NCBI GenBank assembly: GCA_044892525.1
Contig: CM097885.1
Span: 26,848,001-26,912,000 of the forward strand
Source: Schmidtea polychroa
Lineage: Eukaryota
Reading direction: 5' to 3'
Length of the DNA stretch: 64,000 nucleotides
Shown: in pieces, positions 20,177-30,598 of the stretch
How positions within the stretch are numbered: the stretch's first letter is position 1
How the letters are laid out: the number at the start of each line of letters is the position of its first letter
The notes under the pieces: generated by a model
What the model saw: only the letters and a program-made list of their open reading frames with translations
What the model was told of the DNA's origin: nothing
Databases searched by the model: none
Program-made: the position numbers and the translations under genes

Positions 20177-20596
20177 ATGTCTTGTTATTTTATTGACTTT
20201 GTAGGTTATAATGATTATGCTGGTGGAATAATTATTAAAGAATTATGTATTATGAATGTAAATAATATTTTACGCCCAAAGTATTGGTTATTTAATGATT
20301 TACCATTTTGGGCTGGACGTGAAAATTCAGATCGATTGGAATGGTATGAAGGTGAAGATTCGTTTTGTCCAACATGTATATTGAGAGATGTAGAAGATAC
20401 AAGTGGAATTTTCTATGTCACTGATCAAGATAAACTTACAGTTTTGAAAAATTATTTCCCAAATTTAAGATTAATAAAATATTCAATCCAATTATCAGAA
20501 TATTTTCCTGATAATATCTTGTGTCCTTACCGTGATCATTCTAATTGTGCTTACAAAAATTGTTTAATTGCTGTGTTAGATTATTTAAAAAATTAA
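20177..20596 (+). CDS. DEDD/DnaQ-like small protein with C-terminal Cys/His cluster, probably nuclease-inactive
   Basis: FIDFVGY..IIKEL, LEWYEG and CPYRDH.NCA pattern; the DxE glutamate position is V. Confidence 0.5.
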   Translation: MSCYFIDFVGYNDYAGGIIIKELCIMNVNNILRPKYWLFNDLPFWAGRENSDRLEWYEGEDSFCPTCILRDVEDTSGIFYVTDQDKLTVLKNYFPNLRLIKYSIQLSEYFPDNILCPYRDHSNCAYKNCLIAVLDYLKN

Positions 20597-20916
20597 TAAA
20601 GTTTTTGATTAAAAATTATATTATTATTAATTTTGTTATTATTACTCATATGCATTAAGATTGCAGTTTAAATGCATGATTAATCATGTTCTCTTAGTTT
20701 GTGTTAAATTTTTATTTTGTAATGTGTGTAAGTTTTGCTTCCTAATGTGTGAAAAGTATTTCACATTGTGTGTAAATTATATTTCATAGTGCGTGTGCAT
20801 GTAATACTCTCAATTTCTATTGGGTGAATACATATTACACAATTTATGATATATAAAGCAATGTTTAAAAATATACCATCACTTTTTTATATACCTAAAA
20901 TTTTAAACTCAACAAA

Positions 20917-21652
20917 ATGTCAAGAAATAATCAAGGAAGCCAAAGCGGAAACAGTGTCAAGAATGGTAAGATTTATTTATTTATTTATTTGTCATTATTA
21001 TTGATATAATTTATAGGTCTTAATCGTAATTTCAACAAAAGATCTAACAATAACAGTGAAAACATGCCAAATGGTATTTCGTTATTATTATTAAATTTAT
21101 AATTATTTATTCTTTTTAGATTTTATTATAAACAACATGAATGGATGCATTATAAATGGACGAAATATGAACGAGTCAAGTACAAATAACAATAATAATG
21201 GTAACAATTTGATTGCGCGCAGTACTGCATATGGAAAAAATGATTGCAAAATATCAAAAAGAAAAGTTACATGTAAGATTTTCATTTTTATTTAAAGATT
21301 TTTAATGAATTTTTATAAGGTTTTATTAAAAGATTTATTAATGTTTTTATTTTAATAATAATTAATACTTTAAATACAATAATTATAATATAGTACTTTG
21401 AATAATAATAATAATAATGAAATATTATGTAACAAGTTAAATTTATTTTTATCAATAATTTATTTTGATTGAAAATATATTTAACCTATTATATAATAGG
21501 TTAAATATATTTTGTATTGATTATGTTTAAACTATTACGTAATAGGGTAAATATATTTTGCATTAAGTATGTTTAAACTATTATGTAATAGGTTAAATAT
21601 ATTTAAGTAAAATTACCTTTTTGATAAAAATATATTTATATTATTTATTGAA

Positions 21653-21719
<67 letters not shown>

Positions 21720-21778
21720 GAATAAGAATAAGAATAATAAGAATAATAAGAATAATAAGAATAATAATAATAATATTA

Positions 21779-21835
<57 letters not shown>

Positions 21836-22272
21836 TCTTTCAGGTTCAAAATATCAAAATTATTGTAATAGTTCATTACATGATGATTGTGATTTCATAA
21901 TGGAAAAATATTACAAACATAGCCATAATCATACCATCTTTTTTATTTGCCCTGTTTGTATGAACCCCGAGACTGTAACATACATGGAGTTTTATCATCA
22001 ACATAGGGATCATTTAACTCAGTATAATTTAAAGAAAAAAGACCTTATTAATTTATTAAAAAATAATATTTCCAATACCTATAATCCCGCTATAAATCAT
22101 AATAATGATACTACAAGTACTAATAATAATAATAATAAGCCTAATGTAAATAATAAAAGAAAAATTAATTTACCTAATCTAAAACCCTCTAAATTTGTTA
22201 AAAAAGATCTTATCGTTATTTCAGACTCTGATGATGAGGTCATGCCTTTGATAGTTAACTCTTATTCACTTT

Positions 22273-22341
<69 letters not shown>

Positions 22342-25300
22342 TTACATCAACTTCTACAGAAGTCATTATTAATCAACAAGGTGGTTCACTTGAACCTGAA
22401 ACCATATTCGATTTAAATAAAACACACGCAGAAGTTAAAATGGATGTTTCATCCTTAAATTTAAAAACAGTTTCGATCCCTACTCAGTTAATAAATGAAT
22501 TAAATAAAGTTTCATCCGAGATGGGTTCAATAAAAATTCAATTTTGTTTGAAAGTGGAATTTGTAAAAGATGACGAATTTCAATCATTCGTTATTTCAAA
22601 TTCTGCTAGACCCATGAGTGATACCTTCTTAGAAGATGGTATTGATTTATTAAATGAAAAAAAATTTAAAGTTAACGAAAAGGGAAGCAACTGGGTTATA
22701 CATAAAATTGAATATATTAGTTTTATAATAACAAAATATTCGCAAATATCCAGATTAACTGGCCGTGGATATATTCCTACACCAGAAACATTATTAAATA
22801 AAAAATGTACTGTTAATGTTAAAAATACAAATGATGAATGCTTCCTATATAGTATTTTATCTATTTTGAAATATAATAGTATTAGTACCAATAGATCTAA
22901 GCCATATAATTATAATACTTCGGAATTAAAATTCGATCCTGCAGATCTCCCTATGCGCCTTTGTAATATTTCTAAATTTGAATCCCAAAACCCTGGTTTA
23001 TCGATAAATGTTTTAACTTATAACGAAAATATATTAAATGATGTTAAGAATACTGAAGAAGTTATGAAACATCCTTATGTTGACATAATTTATCGATCTA
23101 AAGTTATTGGGGGGACAACAATTAATTTAATTTTGTTAGAAGATTTTGACACATATCATTACATAGGTGTTACTAATCTTGATAGACTTTTGAATTGTAA
23201 CGATTCTAGTGTAACTGCTGTTAGGATTTGTAGTAAATGGTGTTCGAGATGCTTAAATGGTTTTCGAAATCCTAATTCTTTCATGAGACACAAGGGTTTG
23301 TGTGATAAAAATCAGTTAGGGACCACTCTCTTTACATTACCCGAAGATAAATATCTTAGTTTTACAAATTGGTCAAAGATTGTCACTCCTCCATTTGTTA
23401 TTTATGCCGACTTTGAGGCAATTTTACCTAAAGATAATAAATACTATCAAAAACATTTACCAATCTCAGCTGGTTTTGTTTTTATAAATAATTTTACAGG
23501 GGATAAATTTTATAAAAGTTTTATAGGATTGGATTGTGTTGAACAGTTTCTTCATGAACTTGAAGAAATTGGTAAGCAAATAGTGGCTCCATATTTTGAA
23601 ACACGATATAGGAAAATGATGTTTTTTAGTAGTATTGACAAAATAAACTTTTCTTCGGCTGTAAATTGTCATTTGTGTAAGAAAACTTTAGTAAATCCAG
23701 TAAGAGATCTTGACCATTTTTCGGGTAAATATTTAGGTGCAGCTTGCTCAACTTGTAATCTTTCTCGAAGAATTAGACCGGTTTTACCAGTTATTTTTCA
23801 TAATTTGAGAGGATATGATCTCCATCATATTCTCAAATTTGGCTTAGGTAAATTTAAATCATGGAATATTAATTGTATTCCTATAACTAGTGAAAAATTT
23901 TTAAGTTTATATGCAAGAATTGATGGATTAACTATAAAATTTATCGATTCTTGTCAATTTATTAACGATTCCTTAAAAAATGCTGTACAAACATTAACTA
24001 CATTTCCATTGACTAATTCTGAATTTAACGGAGTAATTGTTAATAGTAAAGGCATATTCCCATATGATTTTGCAACTAGTTTAGAAGTGCTTCAGGGAAC
24101 TCCCCAATTACCTCCAATTTGGGATGGTGTTACTGAAGTAGAATATGATATGGCTCAGCGCATTTGGGATGACCATAATTGTAATTCACTTTTGGATTAC
24201 ATGATGATATATTTAAAATTAGATGTCTTTTTACTTGCGGACTATTTCCAACAGTTTAGAGCAAAATCAATAGCTCATAACAGATTGGAACCCTTAAACT
24301 TTTTAGGCATTCCCGGTATGTCATGGAACTCTGCACTCATGACTTTAGATCATCCAATTGAGTTGATCCAAGACATGGAGATTTATAATTTCTTTGAGGG
24401 TGGGATTCGAGGGGGATTAACATTTGTTAATAAACATTACGTAAAATCAGATGAAAACACAGAGTTGCTCTATATAGATATTAACAACCTATATGGTTGG
24501 GCACTTAGCCAGAAACTACCAGATGGTAATTTTAAGTGGATTAACGATGAAATAAAATTAAATAAGATTTTGGATGATTGTATGAATGTTGACTTGGAAT
24601 TACTCACATTCGGTTATACTGTTGAAGTCGATTTGGAAATTCCAGAATCGATTCATGATAAGCTTGACGATTTCCCTGTTGCAGCTGAAAAGATCTGTGC
24701 ACCAGGATCCAAAGTGGAGAAGTTGATGCTTATCCACTATCCTAAAAAGAATTATGTAGTTCATTGGAGACTTCTCCAGCTTTATCTAAATATTGGGGTA
24801 AAGGTCACTAAAATTCATCGCGCTATACAATTTGAACAGTCATCAATATTTAAAAATTATATAGATACTAACACACAACTTAGGGCATCATCAACAAACA
24901 CATTAGATAAAAATTATTTTAAACTATTAAACAACAGTCTATACGGTAAGACTGTCGAAAACCTAAAGAAACGAATTAATTTAAGACTTTGCAATTCAGC
25001 CCAAAAGGTATTAACATATTGTTCTAAACCTAATTTCAAAAGGACTACTAAAATCGATGACGACTTAATATCTGTTCTATTAAGAAAAGATTTAATATGT
25101 TTAAATAGACCAAGTTATATTGGTCAATCAGTTTTGGATTTATCAAAACTTCGTATGTACCAACTTCAGTACATTGATTTAGAAAAATATCGTATAGAAT
25201 TTAATTGTAAAATTAATATAGTTGCTGGGGATACAGATTCGTTCTTTTTGGAAATTAAAAATTGCAAATTAAATTCTCTTTTACCCGCAATGATAAGGGA

Positions 25301-25820
25301 TAATTTATTAGATACCTCTAATTACGAGCCAACACATTCATTATATTCAAAAAACCTTGACTCTGTAATAGGGAAATTTAAAGATGAAAGCAAAGGTCTT
25401 GGATATGATGAATGGATATTTTTAAGACCAAAATGTTATAGCATGAAGGGTAGTAAGGGATGTATGAAAGCGAAGGGGGTCACAATGAAAGATACTGGAC
25501 TAACTCATCAGTCGTATCTGAATTGTTATAATAATAATGAGATTTATACAGTACCACAATTTAGGATAACGAGTAAAAACCATCAACTTTTCAGTATTAA
25601 AAATAATAAGAGGGCTTTAACTAATGCTGACGATAAGCGCAATTGGGTACTTAAAAATAAAAGTTATGCGTATGGTCATTATAGGGGGGGTGGTATGGTT
25701 ATGGCTGATGATTCTGATGAAGAAATGTTGCTGCCCATAGTTGATCCAGATGAAGATTTGCAATATCATCCTCATTTTCCAAATGATGATGGTTGTCAAT
25801 TAATAAATTTTATGATATAA
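20917..25820 (+). CDS. Protein-primed DNA polymerase B (pPolB); predicted exons 20917-20965, 21017-21073, 21120-21272, 21844-25820 (~1411 aa)
   Basis: 1306-aa ORF with IYADFEA, FHNLRGYD, YIDINNLYG, KLLNNSLYGK, GDTDS, RPKCY and an EndoVII-like CxxC..CxxC region; three phase-1 GT-AG introns add 105 in-frame codons. Confidence 0.95.
21472..21513. repeat. Perfect 42-bp palindrome in the predicted pPolB intron 3
   Basis: AAAATATATTTAACCTATTAT followed by its exact reverse complement. Confidence 0.9.
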
Positions 25821-26014
25821 AAAATTTGTTTTCATTCTATTTTTAATCGTTACAAAATTTTTATATTGTTACTTGTGATAGTACACTATTTTTATGTTGT
25901 TATAGTATTTTTATGTTACATGTATTAGTATAATATTTTTAATATCACACTAATTAGTACACGTTTTAATTAACTAATTTGCAATACATCTGCAATACAT
26001 ATGCAAACCATGTA

Positions 26015-26141
26015 TGACTCACATACAAAGGTCACAAATGTAAAGGTCACATACAAAGGTCACACACGAAGGTCAATGACACATGCATGTTGTTTGCAAT
26101 ACAAATGCATTCATTTGATTGGTTATACACAAGTATAAAAG
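26015..26141 (+). promoter_or_regulatory. Promoter/enhancer of the TIR gene: TGACTCA, four AGGTCA half-sites, ATTGG, TATAAAAG
   Basis: TGACTCA 26015; AGGTCA at 26029, 26044, 26057, 26070; ATTGG 26118; TATAAAAG 26134, 45 nt before the ATG; mirrored in the left TIR. Confidence 0.6.
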
Positions 26142-26178
26142 AGAGATAAAATGACATCATAGTCATTATTTTTAAAAA

Positions 26179-26652
26179 ATGCAATCCAAGAAGAACGTTT
26201 TTGGTGAGAAAACATTTTCTAATTTATTGAAAGAAACAAGCCCAATTAAGAAAATAACTGAGACGAAGCATGCCAAGAATGATGTGAAACCAGTACAAAT
26301 GTATCATAACCATAAGATATATTTCTTGGTAGACGAAATTCCATATAAATTCTCAAATGCAGTCAAATTGATCAAGTCGCAATATTCAAGTTTCATTGCT
26401 CATATAACAAAAGAAGATGTTGTTGCAGTAAATAAAGTGTTGGGGAAAATCAATAAGAATCTAAGTTGCAATGGAAATATAATCATCAACAATCGAAATT
26501 CTCGTTTTCATGATGCCTTTGAAGAAATTGAATATAAAGATGGTGAAAGCTGGTTTGTAAATATTTCAATACAGGGATATAAAATGGATGAGAAAGATGT
26601 CATATCACCGATTTGGAAATTAGATAGTGCTCGAATTTCTCTGGGATTTTAA
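26179..26652 (+). CDS. TIR-encoded 157-aa protein, copy 2
   Basis: Protein identical to copy 1; one synonymous CTA/CTG difference seen near the 3' end. Confidence 0.8.
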   Translation: MQSKKNVFGEKTFSNLLKETSPIKKITETKHAKNDVKPVQMYHNHKIYFLVDEIPYKFSNAVKLIKSQYSSFIAHITKEDVVAVNKVLGKINKNLSCNGNIIINNRNSRFHDAFEEIEYKDGESWFVNISIQGYKMDEKDVISPIWKLDSARISLGF

Positions 26653-27352
26653 TAAATGTTTAGTTTTTAATACATCTTTTAATATGTCTTTTAATATAAT
26701 TATTTACTATGAGTTAAGTATAGATGATTAATTTGTATTTTTTAAAAGTTGAAAATATGTGTGTATGTAAAAGTTGGCTGAAAAATACATTGTTTAAGGT
26801 GTTATGATTATGAATTTGAAGTAAATATTGATGTCATTTTATAGAGATTAAAATTCTATCTATATATTGTTTGAGTGAAAATATCTCAATTTGTTTAAAA
26901 AGATGTGTAAATTTAAAAATCGTGTACTAAAAATGAAATTTCAGAATTTTGATTACATCATAGTCTCATTTAACAGAGAATTAAATTTCAAGTATAATGA
27001 CATAAAAAATTCTTATAAAAAATTAAAATCAATGACGTAATCGATGTTTTAAAAAAATTTTAAATTATTACGTAATCGATGATTAAAACAAAAAATGAAA
27101 TTATTACGTAATCGATAATTAAAACAAAAATTTAAATTTAAAAAAAAAAATATGGGGGGGGGGTCTTTTAAAAAATTAAAAAAAAAAAAAAAAAAAAGTA
27201 GGGGGGGGGGGTTTAAAAATTTTAAAAAAAAAAAAAAAAAAAAAAGGGGGGGGGGTATCTGGATCTAGAGTGCACATGGATCTAGAGTGCACATAACTAC
27301 CTACTTTTATATTCTTAATTTTCTTATTTATTTTATGTCATTTTGTTTTTAG

Positions 27353-27502
27353 AGTCTCGTATCGTTGGTATATTTGTGTTTTTCGGACATAAATATTTTG
27401 ATAAATTATATGGGTTTTGTCAATTGGTTAGCTATTGGAGTAGCTGTATTTACTGTGATCTGGTTTCGATACAAAAATCCTGACAAACCGAGACCAATTC
27501 GA
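27353..27502 (+). CDS. SLC7 transporter exon
   Basis: TAG/GT bounded, phase 0; DINILINYMGFVNWL..WFRYKNPDKPRPIR. Confidence 0.92.
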
Positions 27503-27504
27503 GT

Positions 27505-27883
<379 letters not shown>

Positions 27884-28486
27884 TATAATTATTAATAATA
27901 ATTAAAATAAATAGATAAAAATTATACATTGAAAACAAGCTGAATGAAAAATTGATATTCTTAAATCAACAAATACAATCAAGTGATGTTTTTTTTATCC
28001 AATGACTCTAATTAATTTAATTGAAATTAACTATTTTTTCAAAAATGGTTTCAGCAATATTAATCATATATAAATCTAATTATCCCATATACAAGTTTTC
28101 CTATTAAATAGAATTTCCCAAGTTAAAATATCTTTCAATTATTTCATTCGACTTCAGAGAAATATAATTCAAACATAAAGAGGACTCAAATTAGATAAAC
28201 ACGTGCAACCTCGCTATACGTGGTCTACTCTTGGCCGTCTACAATTCATATGTTCAAGTGTAGAAATCATTTTATGTTAGTATTAAGTATTGTTTCTCTA
28301 CTTAAGAGTGAAAAACTACGTTAGAAACTTCATTAAGCAAGATGGTTGAATAATTAAGTTTTGATCTAGACTGAATTTATGGAAATAAAGGCAAACTTTA
28401 ATTAACAAATTGATAGTTTTTTTAGGATCAAATTCAGAAAGAAAGTTCTGTAGTATGTAATAATTAGAGGATGATAAAAACCGATC

Positions 28487-28527
<41 letters not shown>

Positions 28528-28559
28528 CATTATTATTATTATAAGATAACGCCAACCAA

Positions 28560-29600
28560 ACATTCTTTTAATAAAATTTTAAAGTCAGACATACATATTT
28601 TACTCTTACAGCTCTTATTGTTCTCACCAATATGGGCCAAAGCCTTCAGTCTACAATGTTCTCCTGCTCGAATACAGAAATGACAGGAAGTCTCTCCAAT
28701 TTATGTGGCATTACACCCATTACATGTAAACTGATAAATGAGATCAGAATACAATTCAACCGGATTTTTAGACTTACTAATGAACATATTCCATGAAGTT
28801 GACACTATCTTATAGTTTAAATTACCTAACTGTTTTCTTATCTTCACTTTATAATCCTTAAAACCTGCTGAGTACGGCAATACTAACACAAATTAAGGCT
28901 CATCATCCTTGCTCACACTATTTAATTTATTTAACTCATCAGACACACACACCTCAACAAAATCACACCCAGATTTTAACTCATCAGAATCACACTCCTC
29001 AATAACATCACACCCAGATTTTCTGAAACATGGATCCTTAGGATTTTTAATAAATTTGTCAACAGTCTCTTTTACCATAATTAATAAAAAAGATTTTGAA
29101 TAACCGTTCTTCATTAACCATTCAACTAATTTGTCAACAATTTTTACTGAATTTTCAAAAGTAGAAGACAAAGACCATGAACGATAAATCAACCCCTTCA
29201 CCATATTTCTTTTATACTTGAATTCACAAAAACTTCCGGATGAAGTATAGAGACCAGTATCAGATGGTTTTCTATAAATCTCTGTCTCATAGTGTTTGTC
29301 TTTGCTTTGTATTAACAGATCCAAGAAAGCAAGTGATGATTTTTTCTCCGTTTCACATGTGAATACAATGTTTTTATGTAGACTATTCATATAATGCAAA
29401 AACGGATCAACATGCCTCTGATTTTCAAATATAAGAAAAATATCATCCATATACCGTTTATAAACAGTGGATTCATACATTGGAAAGATACAATTTTCTT
29501 TTCTAAGCTTGCTAAAAAATTGAAGCCATTATTGGTGCTAAAGGAGAACCCATAGCAACTCCATCTATTTGTTGATACCATTCATTATTGAAAAGAAAAT
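28560..29600 (-). mobile_element. Penelope-like retroelement fragment (RT and GIY-YIG endonuclease), 5'-truncated and decayed
   Basis: GVAMGSPLAP, YKRYMDDIF, LAFLDL, YRKPSDT and IYQFTCNGCNAT..GET motifs. Confidence 0.88.
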
Positions 29601-29709
29601 TGATTTTTGAAGTAGCAAATGAAATGAAATTTTTTTATTAAATAATATAAAATTTTTTTAAAATAAATAAATTTGTTTAAAATCCTTAATTTATATAGTT
29701 ATCATATCC

Positions 29710-29748
29710 CACCTGATGATGACAGGAAAACTGTCGAAATATATCGTG
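29710..29748 (+). ncRNA. Minimal type I hammerhead ribozyme motif (Penelope-type)
   Basis: CAC-CTGATGA-T-GACAG(GAAAA)CTGTC-GAAA-TATA-TC-GTG: core boxes, stem II, palindromic stem III, 3-bp stem I. Confidence 0.7.
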
Positions 29749-29824
29749 AAAAGAATGTTTGATTGGCGTTATATTATAATTAAATCATTGCAATGTATGT
29801 TTAACTATTTATTTAATAATAATG

Positions 29825-29912
<88 letters not shown>

Positions 29913-29918
29913 GTTTAG

Positions 29919-30003
29919 GTTCATTTAGCATTCCCAATCATTTATTGCGTTGCAACAGTCATTTTGTTGATTTTATCGTTCGTTGGTGGTCCCTATGAAA
30001 GTC
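29919..30003 (+). CDS. SLC7 transporter exon
   Basis: TAG/GTAAGT bounded; VHLAFPIIYCVATVILLILSFVGGPYES. Confidence 0.88.
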
Positions 30004-30226
30004 GTAAGTTTGATATATGTTCATTAAAGACAATTTATGAAAAGTTTACTACAAGTTTATAAATTATTTGAAGTTAAGATAAATAATTATTGCTACATTT
30101 ACATTATTACTCATATTTGACATTATTGAGATTTATTGTGAAATTCACGATTTGGATGTGGGTTCATTTGCAAGCGAATAAGTGAATAAGCAAACCTGTT
30201 CAAATTAGCGGATTTAAACAATAAAA

Positions 30227-30598
30227 GGTACTTCCGTGTTATCTTACCCCCAAAAATTAAATTAAAAAATAACACATAATTATTATATTTATTTTCTAAA
30301 TCAGTTACAAACTCAGCAAATGTTTGTAAAGAGTTTGTAAATGGTCATCCAGGTGTCCAGAAAACCACAATGTCGTTGAGAATAGTGTCGAACACATCAG
30401 CACTGTTGCTTAGAACACGTTTGCGCCACATAAACTCACATAATATCACATAATCACATAAATCACAGATAGCCTTAATAAATTCATGTTCAATAATGTT
30501 CAATAACGTCATCAATAATGTATTCTCTCATTTTTTATAATGTTATTTTAAATGTATTTATAATTTAATTTTTGGGGGTAAGATAACACGGAAGTACC
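30227..30598. mobile_element. Merlin (IS1595/IS1016-like) non-autonomous element
   Basis: ~38-bp TIR GGTACTTCCGTGTTATCTTACCCCCAAAAATTAAATTA; 8-bp TSD CAATAAAA; internal - strand LCEFMWRKR..DVFDTILNDI resembles a Merlin transposase C-terminus. Confidence 0.8.

Larger units (their letters stand above)
12275..27305. mobile_element. Full-length Polinton/Maverick (adintovirus-like endogenous virus), 15,031 bp
   Basis: 5'-AGTAGGTAG...CTACCTACT-3' ends, 6-bp TSD TTTATA (12269-12274, 27306-27311), long TIRs, and pPolB, integrase, ATPase, protease and two capsid genes. Confidence 0.97.
25857..27305. repeat. Right terminal inverted repeat (~1.45 kb)
   Basis: Reverse complement of 12275-13712. Confidence 0.95.
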
